NCBI GenBank assembly: GCA_963737155.1
Contig: CAVTRN010000002.1
Location: 2,336,001 to 2,400,000, forward strand
Origin: Nitrospirota bacterium
GTDB lineage: Bacteria; Nitrospirota; UBA9217
Direction: 5' to 3'
DNA: 64,000 nucleotides
Part shown: positions 51,332 to 60,717 of the stretch, piece after piece
Numbering within the stretch: the stretch's first letter is position 1
Layout of the letters: the number at the start of each line of letters is the position of its first letter
The notes under the pieces: model-generated
Told to the model about the DNA's origin: nothing
The model's database searches: none
The model's input: only the letters and a program-made list of their open reading frames with translations
Made by a program: the position numbers and the translations under genes

Positions 51332-52399
51332 TTATGAATCTGATGTCGTCATTGACTTCCCTACCCGTTCCTCCCGGACATACACGATTCGCTGAGGGTA
51401 AGGAATCTCAATGCCTTCGTCTTTAAAACGTTTGAATATCCTCTTCCTCAAATCATGCTGCACGGGGTTCTGATCGGTGAATTCGGCAACCTGGCAGGTC
51501 AGGGTAAAGTCCAGGGAACTCTCGCCGAAACCGGGAATGAAGCGTGCGAGCGGCTCGGGTTCGCCTAGGAGACCAGGAATATCTCGAACACCTTTTTTTG
51601 CCTCCTCCACTAATATTTTTTCTACCTGATCCGGATCCGAAGAGTAACTGACGCTGATGGGAATAAGCAGAGCCATCTTTCTATCCGGCAGGAAGTAGTT
51701 CGTCACCACGCTCTGGGCAAGTTTGTTGTTCGGGATCACGACAATATTGTTCGGCAGCATGCGTATGCGCGTTGTACGCCACGTAATGTCGTCAACATAG
51801 CCTTCCTGGCCGGACTCGAGTCTGACAAAATCGCCGATTCTGATAGACTTTTCCATGAGGATGTGGATACCCGCGAAAAGGTTCGCCAGCGTGTCTTGAA
51901 GCGCTAACGCGACGGCAAGTCCTCCAACGCCCAGTGCGGTAATGAGGGGGGCGATCGATATGCCTAGGTCGGTGAGCATAATCAGAATGCCAATGGCGAA
52001 GATAGTCCCCTTTAAAATACCGTATGCAAGGCCGGTTGTTGGAATCGGGATATTACTTTTTTGAACATAATTCCTGAATAGCCTGCCGGCTAGGGTCGCG
52101 GACGCAACGGTAACGGACATAATAATAATGGCATGCAGCATATTGCCAATATACCCTATCTGTTTCTCCGGAATTCCTGAAAAAGACAAGCCGATAAGGA
52201 TGCCGATTGCCACCGCGAGAAGTATTGAGGTGTTTTTTGTTGAGTCGATGATGATTTCGTCGAGCTGCGTCGCCGTTTTCCTCGCCCAGGTATGCAGAAA
52301 CCTGTAAGTCACAAAGCGGAGAAGCATCAGAGCCAATATACATGTCAGCGTCGTTGCCACGGGCACAATAAACTTCATTGATGTGCTGTCCACACGCAT
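51332..52399 (-). CDS. Small-conductance mechanosensitive channel (MscS family)
   Basis: LGVGGLAVALALQDTLANLFAG, IPNNKL and GIEIPYPQ. Confidence 0.93.
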   Translation of the reverse strand: MRVDSTSMKFIVPVATTLTCILALMLLRFVTYRFLHTWARKTATQLDEIIIDSTKNTSILLAVAIGILIGLSFSGIPEKQIGYIGNMLHAIIIMSVTVASATLAGRLFRNYVQKSNIPIPTTGLAYGILKGTIFAIGILIMLTDLGISIAPLITALGVGGLAVALALQDTLANLFAGIHILMEKSIRIGDFVRLESGQEGYVDDITWRTTRIRMLPNNIVVIPNNKLAQSVVTNYFLPDRKMALLIPISVSYSSDPDQVEKILVEEAKKGVRDIPGLLGEPEPLARFIPGFGESSLDFTLTCQVAEFTDQNPVQHDLRKRIFKRFKDEGIEIPYPQRIVYVREERVGKSMTTSDS

Positions 52400-52420
52400 A
52401 TTCCTCCGTTATCGATCTCG

Positions 52421-52672
52421 TTATTTCGCTTGAGAAGCTTTAGAACGATCCGTGTTGGATAACCTTTTTTGACTTAGGGACCGTTTCAACCGGACCCAAG
52501 ACACCAGGATCAAGCCCGTAATGATGCCAGCCAGGAGTGAAAGCACGATTACCAGGGCAAGAGAAGCTTCGAAACGCCAGGAAAGAAACGCGACAGCGAC
52601 CGGAGTTGCATTTTGAACCGAAAAAGCCGCCACCACGGCGATAATGAAAATCAGCAGGATAAGCGTTATCAT
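52421..52672 (-). CDS. LapA family small membrane protein
   Basis: Two TMs with the FSVQNATPV.V.FL.W motif. Good SD. Confidence 0.85.
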   Translation of the reverse strand: MITLILLIFIIAVVAAFSVQNATPVAVAFLSWRFEASLALVIVLSLLAGIITGLILVSWVRLKRSLSQKRLSNTDRSKASQAK

Positions 52673-52988
52673 GTCTCCCCCTCGCGCACAAAACCCAGGA
52701 ACTAAACATTATAACTAAGTATATCGTTGATCGAAAGACAAAGCAAGAGATCCATTGCTGTAGATTCAGAAATGCCTCACCGAGAGCTACTTGAAATGGA
52801 AGTCAAGATGATAATGTGCAGCGCGACAAGTCAATAAAGATTGATCCTGTCAAGCAGGACCAAATAAATATTGTAACTTTTGCAAACGCCTCCTGCTGCC
52901 GTCTTGCATCACCTGATGACACCCGGGTCTTGCTTCAGCTGCTAAAAAGAAGTACAATAAAGCGAAAAAAGATAACTGCGTAAATTCA

Positions 52989-54032
52989 ATGGCAAATTCC
53001 CAATACGACGAAAAGAACAAAATCACTATCAACCGGTCCTTTCTGCTGACCCTGGTGGCGGGAGCTTTTGCGCTCGGCATATTCATTGGCGCCGCAACAG
53101 GACTGTTCTCCCCTCTTCTGCCGGTTCAAGGTGAAGCTTTGTCGGATGGATCGGAAGGGACCTTCCGGTTTATCCGGACTTCGCTAGAAGCGAAGCATGC
53201 CGGCGAAAAGCGGACGACGAACCAGGAGCTGAAACCATTTCTGTACAAAGTCAACAGCCTAATCGAAAGCGACCTGAAAAATGACGATGTCGCATCCATA
53301 TCAGTATACTTTCGTGATTTGAACAACGGGAACCGGTTCGTCGCCGGAGAACATGATGCTTTCAAGGGTGAGAATCATCTTAAACTGCCCCTTATGATCG
53401 CCTATTTTAAATGGGCTGAATCAAATCCCTTTGTTTTACGCAAAAAACTGATCTTTAGCGTTAAACCGGAAACGGTGCAGCGCCACGAAACAACAATGAA
53501 GATACTTGAACCGGGGAGATCGTATTCTATCAACGACCTTATTTTCAGGATGATCGCTTATGACGATAATTCCGCTTATGCGATGCTATCGGCCAACTTG
53601 CCCGCAAATCGCATGGAAAAGATTCTCAAGGACCTTGATGGGGAATACGATCCGCAGAAGCCGAACAAGTCTTTGTCATTAAATGCCTACGCAGATCTCT
53701 TTCGGGTTCTCTTCAACGCTTCTTATCTATCTGAAGAAATGTCCGAAAAAGCGCTGCGTTATCTTTCGAAGACCGCCTTTAAAGACGGCATTGTATCAGC
53801 CGTACCGCCGAATGTCGACAAAGCCTTGGATTATGAGGTGGTGCCGATCAAGATTGCTAACGAGGGAGAGAAGAGCGATGTCCGCCAGTTGCAGGAGTTC
53901 GGCATTATCTATCATCAGAGTCGGCCCTTTCTCCTCGGGGTCATTGTACAGGGCAGCGATGACAGTCGTCTCAAAACAGTGATACGCGATGTCACCCAGT
54001 TGGTATACCGGGAAGTGGACCAGCAGTCGTGA
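52989..54032 (+). CDS. Membrane-anchored class A beta-lactamase-fold (Beta-lactamase2) protein lacking catalytic residues
   Basis: SVYFRDLNNG, LKLPLMIAY, FRVLFNASYLSEEMSEKAL and GIIY..RPFLL family pattern. SxxK reads NHLK, SDN reads DDN, KFG reads DYE. Confidence 0.75.
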   Translation: MANSQYDEKNKITINRSFLLTLVAGAFALGIFIGAATGLFSPLLPVQGEALSDGSEGTFRFIRTSLEAKHAGEKRTTNQELKPFLYKVNSLIESDLKNDDVASISVYFRDLNNGNRFVAGEHDAFKGENHLKLPLMIAYFKWAESNPFVLRKKLIFSVKPETVQRHETTMKILEPGRSYSINDLIFRMIAYDDNSAYAMLSANLPANRMEKILKDLDGEYDPQKPNKSLSLNAYADLFRVLFNASYLSEEMSEKALRYLSKTAFKDGIVSAVPPNVDKALDYEVVPIKIANEGEKSDVRQLQEFGIIYHQSRPFLLGVIVQGSDDSRLKTVIRDVTQLVYREVDQQS

Positions 54033-54352
54033 TTCTTTTCTTTGCAAGCTATGAGTAAAGAGTCATGGGAAGTTTTGCTACGGCCGTCTGCTTCTTCGGG
54101 ACACTACCCGCATATCGATATGGCGTTCAGCGCCTGTCTTGCCAGTTTTTAATTCCTGATATGAGACGACGTCATTCGAAAAACCGTGCAGAACCTCATG
54201 GATAAGTATTGGGATGGTCCTGACAATGTTGGACATGGTGGAGCGTCAGGCTGCACTTACTTTTTTATTTACCATGGGAGATGTTCCTATTTTGAAGCGA
54301 GGATCAGAGGTCAGCGTCATTTTTCTCACGATACTCTTGCCGACTTAAAAAT

Positions 54353-54943
54353 TTATTCATTCTCAAAACACGGGATGCAGACAATCTTCCCGTTTTTTAA
54401 TCTTCCGCGAGATTCCATAAATTTTTCACCGCAGTTCGCGCACCTGACCGAGCCGCGAATCCTTGCTTCATGGGGAAGACCTGCGTTTGCCGGTGTAATG
54501 GTCAGGAATTCCTTTTCCTCCGCGTTAATAATTGCAGCGGCCTCCTCCATTTTGTACGCCTCCATGTCCTGCGATACGTTCTCACCGGCTTCCTGTCTCT
54601 TTTTCAGATCAGGGAAACGCTGATCACTTTCAAACCCGCGATAGTCTTCTGATATACGGATACCTTTTTTTGTCCTGCGATTATAGAAGGTGTAAATATG
54701 CTTACCGAAATCGCGAAATATCAGGTTTCCTTTACCAAACGTGCAGCCAGTAATGAATTGGATGGCATCGGCAGCACAGGAATCATTCTCCACAACGGCT
54801 ACGAGTTCCTCGTCCTGCGGACGGCCTGCCCCGAGTACCCGAAGCGCCGCTTTTGCCACGCGGTAGCCGAGGGCAAGCCCAGGGCAAAGATGGCCGTGGA
54901 ACTGGATCGCGTCACGAAGATCGTCATTGTTCATTACGTTCAT
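54353..54943 (-). CDS. FmdE family protein with C-terminal zinc finger
   Basis: FHGHLCPGLALGYR, ENDSCAADAIQ..TGCTFGKGNL and C-terminal CANC..CIPC. Confidence 0.9.
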   Translation of the reverse strand: MNVMNNDDLRDAIQFHGHLCPGLALGYRVAKAALRVLGAGRPQDEELVAVVENDSCAADAIQFITGCTFGKGNLIFRDFGKHIYTFYNRRTKKGIRISEDYRGFESDQRFPDLKKRQEAGENVSQDMEAYKMEEAAAIINAEEKEFLTITPANAGLPHEARIRGSVRCANCGEKFMESRGRLKNGKIVCIPCFENE

Positions 54944-54964
54944 GAAAAAACCTCCAGAGTCTTT

Positions 54965-56059
54965 TTATTTCCTCAATATCGATTTCGCAGCCAGGATAGC
55001 CTTTGCTCGTTTTAAATGGCCTTTTACCGAATCATTATTTGTAATGGCAAGATATATCTCCTTTGCAACCTCCTCCTCGCCGGCCGCACTCGCCTTGCCG
55101 GCCCACTCAAGGTAGCTCTCCGTATGGCTGTCGCCATGCTCAATCCAGTGTTCCAGCATGATCTGCATTTTTTTCAAAAGCTCATCTTCATGTCTGTGCT
55201 CGTTATCATGCTCATGACTATGGTGTTTGCTATTGTCGTGCATCGTGCCTCCCGTCAAGTGAATGTGCCCGTAGTGACCGTGCCGGTGCACATGGGCTGA
55301 TTTTCCGTGGTAGTGAGCGTGCTCGTGGATCAGATTAACTTTGAGCAATAATTCATCGTTTTGAATAATGTCTCCGAAATCTCCGTCCGCAGCAATGGTG
55401 TGATCCTCCGAAAAGACCACTGCGCGGTCAGCGATATCGCCCGCAATAGACAGGTCGTGTGTCGCCGAAATTATCGTTTTCCCACTCTCGTGCAGTTCGT
55501 GCAGCACCTCGATGAGCCAGACCTGCGTCCGGGGATCGAGGCCATTCGTCGGTTCGTCGAGCAACAGCACGTCGGGATCGGTTGCCAGGCTCGATGCAAT
55601 AGCCACTTTCTTTTTCTGCCCGTCGGAAAGCATGTAAGGAGCACGGTCGCGAAGATCGGTGATCCGAAGCGTTTCGAGCTGCCGCTCCACAATATCGCGG
55701 ACCATCTCCGGAGTCAGACCGAGCTGCAGGGGGCCGAATGCAATTTCGTCCCAGACCGTTGACGAGAAGAGTTGCACATCGGGATTCGAAAATACAAAAG
55801 CAACTCGTTTTCTGAAATCCATCGAGAACATCCGGTCTTCAAGGCTATTCTCGGTCAGCGGTTTTCCAAAAGCATGAATTGTTCCTGATCGAGGAAATAC
55901 TAGCCCGTCGAGCAGGGAAAGCAGCGTGGATTTGCCCGTGCCGTTTGCTCCGAGTATCACGGTACGTCCGCCGAGCGTAAAATCTGCAGTCAGATCGTTC
56001 AGGACGGGGGTTCCGCCGGAATAGGAGTAGACAATGTTGCGCAGGCTGAAGACATTCAT
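54965..56059 (-). CDS. ECF-type Ni/Co transporter ATPase (NikO/CbiO) fused to a His-rich linker and a helical C-terminal domain
   Basis: Walker A GANGTGKS, signature LSDGQ, Walker B LLLDEP and H-loop. Then HEHAHYH..HSHEH..LEHWIEHGDSH. Confidence 0.88.
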   Translation of the reverse strand: MNVFSLRNIVYSYSGGTPVLNDLTADFTLGGRTVILGANGTGKSTLLSLLDGLVFPRSGTIHAFGKPLTENSLEDRMFSMDFRKRVAFVFSNPDVQLFSSTVWDEIAFGPLQLGLTPEMVRDIVERQLETLRITDLRDRAPYMLSDGQKKKVAIASSLATDPDVLLLDEPTNGLDPRTQVWLIEVLHELHESGKTIISATHDLSIAGDIADRAVVFSEDHTIAADGDFGDIIQNDELLLKVNLIHEHAHYHGKSAHVHRHGHYGHIHLTGGTMHDNSKHHSHEHDNEHRHEDELLKKMQIMLEHWIEHGDSHTESYLEWAGKASAAGEEEVAKEIYLAITNNDSVKGHLKRAKAILAAKSILRK

Positions 56060-56934
56060 CCGTGGAACAAGATCCTCTCAAAAAAAAGTAGTACACAACC
56101 AAAACCGACCACAGCCACTAGCCACAGGTAGTCAATCAACCTTGCATGGAACCGCTCTATATAGCGGAACTCGCCATGAAATCCGCGAGAGAGCATTGCT
56201 CTGTAAACATTCTCGCTCATATCCATGGATTTTTTAAACGTAATACCAATACGCGATGCAGTCCAGTTCCTGTCATTGGCCACGGAAAGTGGCCTAATTG
56301 TCCGGCTCTTCCTCGCGCGGTACATGTCCTGGATCAGCCGCAAAAAAACAAAGAGGTACCGCTCAGTCATGCTGAGCGTCATGACGAATATCCTTGGCAC
56401 TGCAAGCGCACGAAGGCCGGAGAATGCCACGGTCCACCTGGTCGTGAGTGTGAACAAAATGGCGAAAGAAACCGACGTTGCCACCCGGGAAACAAAGGTG
56501 ATCGAGCCCCACAGCCCCTGGCGGGTAATTGCAATTTTCGCTGGGATGACATAGGGTCCCCATGAATGGGCACTGTTCAGTTTGAGAAGTATCCATATCG
56601 GCTCTCCCGGAGTCACGATATTCAGCATTGCAGGTAGAACTACAGCGGCCGAGAAAAGCGGGACGAAGAGCCAAACCCTCTTCTGTAGAAACAGGATCGG
56701 CACCCGCGAGGCCGCTGCTAGCGCCAGACTCAGGCCGTACATGATCCACAGAGCACGGGTTGAATGGAAAGTACTGGTCAGAATGATGAGGGAAAGAAAA
56801 CCGAAAAGCTTGATGCGGACGTCGATCCTCTGGAGCAAGCCCTCCTTCCGGGCGTAGGCCTCGGAGAATAGGGATTGCTCCGCTATCTTCGCGACCGCCA
56901 ACAGGGACTTGTCTAAGAAATTCGTTTTTGACAA
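56056..56934 (-). CDS. ECF transporter T component (NikQ/CbiQ)
   Basis: GLLQRID.RIKL, RARKSR and RAMLSRGF motifs. Multi-TM. Confidence 0.9.
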   Translation of the reverse strand: MSKTNFLDKSLLAVAKIAEQSLFSEAYARKEGLLQRIDVRIKLFGFLSLIILTSTFHSTRALWIMYGLSLALAAASRVPILFLQKRVWLFVPLFSAAVVLPAMLNIVTPGEPIWILLKLNSAHSWGPYVIPAKIAITRQGLWGSITFVSRVATSVSFAILFTLTTRWTVAFSGLRALAVPRIFVMTLSMTERYLFVFLRLIQDMYRARKSRTIRPLSVANDRNWTASRIGITFKKSMDMSENVYRAMLSRGFHGEFRYIERFHARLIDYLWLVAVVGFGCVLLFFERILFHG

Positions 56935-56962
56935 TAACGCACCGGCTGATCGTATTGGATTG

Positions 56963-57298
56963 TTATTCTTTCTTCTTGCGAACCATCAATCTTGTCAAAA
57001 GATACATCATTCCTGCTGCAAAGGCAACGCCGATGATTGCTGAAACAATGTATCCTATACTCTGGCTGCCCAGTGCCTCGCTCTGCCCGGGAAGCCCATA
57101 ATCGGGCAGTGGCGCGTTCCACCGTTTTCCTATATGTTTCATGCCCTCGGGAACAAAGCCCGCCAACTTTTCAATTTTGTCAAGCCCCCACTCACCCCAC
57201 GCTCCTTCCGCGTTGAACAGCTTTGGCAGTATGATTCCGAGGGGCGACACGATCACTAAGATACCGACAGTGATCCACAATTTTTTCAAGTTAGACAT
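56963..57298 (-). CDS. NikN-like / PDGLE-family accessory membrane protein
   Basis: Two TMs, AWGEWG and APLPDY motifs, located between NikM and NikQ. Confidence 0.8.
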   Translation of the reverse strand: MSNLKKLWITVGILVIVSPLGIILPKLFNAEGAWGEWGLDKIEKLAGFVPEGMKHIGKRWNAPLPDYGLPGQSEALGSQSIGYIVSAIIGVAFAAGMMYLLTRLMVRKKKE

Positions 57299-57340
57299 AG
57301 TTCATCGCGTTGTTGCTCGGTGTAATTTCCGCCTGTATTA

Positions 57341-58012
57341 TTAAACGCCAAGCATGGACGGATCGCTCTTCTGAAAATATTTTACCACGAGCGCTGTCAC
57401 CAGGGCTTCGGCAAAACCGAAAACCATCAGATGTTCTATTACCATCGCCGGCACCGCAACACTCAGCGGAAAGGGTGAATAGAGGGGCTGTCCGGCAGGG
57501 GTCTTTTCAAGCAGGGGCTGAATCCCGAACTCTATACCGGCAAAAAGGGCGGAAAGGTTCAAACTGATATACGCAGCAATCGCGGCTGCAACCCAACGCC
57601 TCGCGCTTTTAATATCCGAGCCAGCCGCTATGAGCCGGTACATGCCGTATCCCGCCAGACAGCCGATGACTCCCATGTTAAAGCAGTTTGCACCAAGTGC
57701 GGTGATGCCCCCATCACCGAACAGCAGGGCCTGAATAATCAGTGCGACCGACACGGCAATCATCGCGGCCCAAGGTCCCAGCAGTATGGCGATCAATGTA
57801 GCTCCCGTTGCATGGCCCGTCGTTCCTCCCACGATGGGAACGTTAAACATCATGATGACGAAGCTAAATGACGCGCCGAGGGCAAGATAAGGTACTTGCC
57901 TCGTCTTGAGCGTTTTGTTCAGTTTCCGTGCTGCAATTGCCCAGAACGGGATAGTAACGGCATACATTGTGCCGTACGTGGTGGGGCCCAGATACCCGTC
58001 TGGAATATGCAA
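57341..58012 (-). CDS. ECF S component NikM/CbiM (likely TTG start 58012, MHIPDGYL)
   Basis: Metal-binding N-terminus MHIPDG, GGTTGH and QALLFGDGGITALGAN. AGGAG 6 nt before the TTG. Confidence 0.92.
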   Translation of the reverse strand: MHIPDGYLGPTTYGTMYAVTIPFWAIAARKLNKTLKTRQVPYLALGASFSFVIMMFNVPIVGGTTGHATGATLIAILLGPWAAMIAVSVALIIQALLFGDGGITALGANCFNMGVIGCLAGYGMYRLIAAGSDIKSARRWVAAAIAAYISLNLSALFAGIEFGIQPLLEKTPAGQPLYSPFPLSVAVPAMVIEHLMVFGFAEALVTALVVKYFQKSDPSMLGV

Positions 58013-58138
58013 CATTTTCTCCTTTGCAAACTCGTTTTTTCCCTGGTTCTGGAAGGCTGAAACTGACCGTTTTTTTGTACACTCTCGGACCACGACATCC
58101 GCTGATAAGAACCATGCATATCATCAGCGAGGTTTTTA

Positions 58139-58195
58139 GTGTTACGAATAATAATTAAGTAGTTAGAAGTGTTACGTTTTTTATTTTTGTAACAC
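58139..58195. promoter_or_regulatory. NikR operators upstream of nikM (one perfect, one degenerate)
   Basis: GTGTTAC-N13-GTAACAC at 58169-58195 and GTGTTAC-N13-GTAGTTA at 58139-58165. The perfect site overlaps the -10 of a minus-strand TTGACA promoter (58209-58214). Confidence 0.85.
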
Positions 58196-58328
58196 AACAG
58201 AAGGCAACTGTCAAGCGGATTTTAATCACCGCGGGCTAGGCTGTCTATAGAACGACCAGCGGATTATTAAGAGAAACAGGAAGGTCAACGTCCGGCCCTT
58301 CCCGAGCCAGACAGTCTGCAGGCACTGG

Positions 58329-59093
58329 TTAAAACCTCAACGCCGCACCGGCAAGCGTCGTATAATCAGTGATATCGTCGAGCCCTACCCGGACAGCAAG
58401 ATCAACATACCAGGATTTTGAGATATCGTATTTAAAACCGGCCATGTACGTGAAAGGGCGCATCTCGTGATCGACATCCCTCCCTCTCCGGTCCTCACCA
58501 TTCAGTTCAGTCAGTAGGTGGAAGGTCTCCGTAAGTTTATGTTCTAGAGCAAAGCCGAACTGGATCATGAAATCCTCGTCGAAATGACGTTCCTTCAAAT
58601 CTCCGGCAAAGGATTCATAGCCCAGGCTCACATGATAAATAGTGTTGCAGCATCCCTGTTGATCTATTAACTTGAATCCGGTAACAAACTTATTCGTTCC
58701 AAGCCCCTGATCGCTCTTGCCCGTTGGCATGCGGGTATACAACTCGTATCCGAATGACTGGTTTACCTCGTTTTCATAGATCCGCTGCTTGAGATCGAAT
58801 TGAATGTCACCGAGGCCATTGGCATTCCTGTCTGTGATTGGGCTCGGATTAAGGTAAAGATACGGCACATCGAGGGACAGGTCCAGGTTGTTGATCACAC
58901 CCCCGTGCAGGATGGTGGAATATGCGAACTTTTCCAGACCGCTGTCTTTTGTGAAGTCACCGTTCATTTCGAGCAAAAAGTTGCCTGCGCCCTGTGTGTC
59001 AGTATCCTCCACATGGAAAGGATGGACAGCCCAGACAGTTACCGGGGCCAGAACGAACATCCCGACAATCCATCCCATGATCACGGTGCGCAT
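58329..59093 (-). CDS. Outer-membrane beta-barrel protein, putative metal channel (likely start 59093)
   Basis: Signal peptide, mature N-terminus VHPFHVEDTDTQG, GLGDI..DLK and C-terminal Phe. Lies between nikR and nikM. Confidence 0.75.
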   Translation of the reverse strand: MRTVIMGWIVGMFVLAPVTVWAVHPFHVEDTDTQGAGNFLLEMNGDFTKDSGLEKFAYSTILHGGVINNLDLSLDVPYLYLNPSPITDRNANGLGDIQFDLKQRIYENEVNQSFGYELYTRMPTGKSDQGLGTNKFVTGFKLIDQQGCCNTIYHVSLGYESFAGDLKERHFDEDFMIQFGFALEHKLTETFHLLTELNGEDRRGRDVDHEMRPFTYMAGFKYDISKSWYVDLAVRVGLDDITDYTTLAGAALRF

Positions 59094-59150
59094 ATACGTT
59101 CTCCTGCCATTTATCTTCATAGAAGACAGCTTCCTTATCCTAATCCATTT

Positions 59151-59570
59151 TCAAACAAGTTCTTTTCCCGTCGTTGTTGTGGTGAGTTTGCCATGTTTGA
59201 CTCCCCGGGTTCCGATCAGGCGGTCCGCAATTTTTCTGATCTCGCTGCTTTTCCCCTTCACAACGAGGACCTCGAGACAGTTATGCGCGTCAAGGTGAAC
59301 ATGAAGCGCCGAGATGATCTGGTGAAAGGATTTGTGCTGCATATCCGTAAGCGCATGGTCAAGCTCCCTCGTATGATGGTTATAGACGAGCGTGATCGTA
59401 CCCACCGTTTCCCGTTCCTCGTTCTCCCATTCCTGTTCGACTAGGCTGTCGCGGATCATGTCACGAATTGCTTCAGAGCGGGTAGTATACCCTTTCCTCG
59501 CAATGAGCGCATCAAATTTCATGATCAATTGGCTATCAATCGAAACGCCAAAACGTGTTATTTCTGACAT
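59151..59570 (-). CDS. nikR: Nickel-responsive transcriptional regulator
   Basis: RFGVSI ribbon, [14 protein letters not shown] and [12 protein letters not shown]. Confidence 0.97.
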   Translation of the reverse strand: MSEITRFGVSIDSQLIMKFDALIARKGYTTRSEAIRDMIRDSLVEQEWENEERETVGTITLVYNHHTRELDHALTDMQHKSFHQIISALHVHLDAHNCLEVLVVKGKSSEIRKIADRLIGTRGVKHGKLTTTTTGKELV

Positions 59571-59579
59571 AAAGCCTCC

Positions 59580-59606
59580 GTGCTACAATTCGAAAATAAG
59601 TAGCAC
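59580..59606. promoter_or_regulatory. NikR operator upstream of nikR (autoregulation)
   Basis: Perfect GTGCTAC-N13-GTAGCAC, 10 bp above the nikR ATG. Minus-strand TTGACA at 59621-59626. Confidence 0.85.
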
Positions 59607-59744
59607 ACTTACGCAGCTCCTGTCAAGGTAATTTCTCGGGAATCCATATTAAACTTGACAAACCCGTGCTCCTTTGATACGTTTTTAAAAACTGATGAAG
59701 CATCATCACTTATTCGCGAACCATTTCGTTCGAGGAGATTGCCA

Positions 59745-60521
59745 ATGAAGAGAGAGTACCATTATGCTGCATACTTGCTGGTTCTTTCAATGCTCGTGAT
59801 CCCCTATAAAGCTTTTGCATTTATCGGTGTTGAAGCGAGTGTAGGAGGCTGGAGGCAGTCTCCTACAGGTACGTTGGAGTACCAGGGTGACTCTCTCGAT
59901 CTCAAAAATGATCTGAATCTCAGCAACAAAAACCAGGTTTTCGCACGCTTGAAGGTAGAGCTTCCGCTGATCCTGCCGAACATCTACTTGATGGCAACAC
60001 CGATGTCATTTGACGGCACCAAGCAGTTATCAAGACAAATAACTTTTGGAAACACGACATTTGATACCACTGCCCCGATCCAATCAAAACTCCAAATGGA
60101 TCAATACGATTTGGCGTTATACTATCCGATTCCCTTTTTGAAAACAGCGACGCTTGGAAAACTCAATGTCGACCTCGGCCTGAACGCCCGGCAAATCAGG
60201 TTTGATGGTTCTATAACCGAAACGGTTCCAGATCTGATGACAGCAACTGCCTCCAAGAGTGTCACCTTTTATGTACCAATGATCTATGCCGGTGTCCAGG
60301 TGAAACCCCTTTCAGAGTTCAGTATCGAAGCTGAAGTCAGAGGAATAACCTACGGATCAAACCATTGCTACGATTATATAGGCAGGCTCAAATTAATGCC
60401 GATCGGGCCGCTCTTTATCAGCGGAGGTTACCGGTACGAGGTTGTAAAAATCGATCAGAGCGACATTAGGGCCGACGCCACTGTCAGCGGTCCCTTTATT
60501 GAAGCAGGCGTAAATTTCTAA
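59745..60521 (+). CDS. Outer-membrane beta-barrel protein (TIGR04219-like; likely start 59745)
   Basis: SD GAGGAG, signal peptide ending AFA, LP.ILPNI, D..LYY and C-terminal GPF..AGVNF. Confidence 0.75.
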   Translation: MKREYHYAAYLLVLSMLVIPYKAFAFIGVEASVGGWRQSPTGTLEYQGDSLDLKNDLNLSNKNQVFARLKVELPLILPNIYLMATPMSFDGTKQLSRQITFGNTTFDTTAPIQSKLQMDQYDLALYYPIPFLKTATLGKLNVDLGLNARQIRFDGSITETVPDLMTATASKSVTFYVPMIYAGVQVKPLSEFSIEAEVRGITYGSNHCYDYIGRLKLMPIGPLFISGGYRYEVVKIDQSDIRADATVSGPFIEAGVNF

Positions 60522-60717
60522 TCTTTTCACGTAATATAAGACCCTTCACAAACCCACAACCGTAAACCGCTGGTTTTTTGTTTCCTTGCTTCTTCCTCTT
60601 GCTACTTGACTCTCTGTCCTTCAGAGTTTGGCCTTGTTGCTTGCTCTTCTCTTTTTTCCACCTCACCATGCTACTTATCCGTTGCCCCATCTCCCGGCTT
60701 TATGTTATATTCCCTTC

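Noticed and set aside
60548-60580. CCACAACCGTAAACCGCTGG as another IS200/IS605 end
   Set aside because: It resembles the 5868 hairpin but is poorly paired, has no partner end or ORF, and is more simply a weak terminator.
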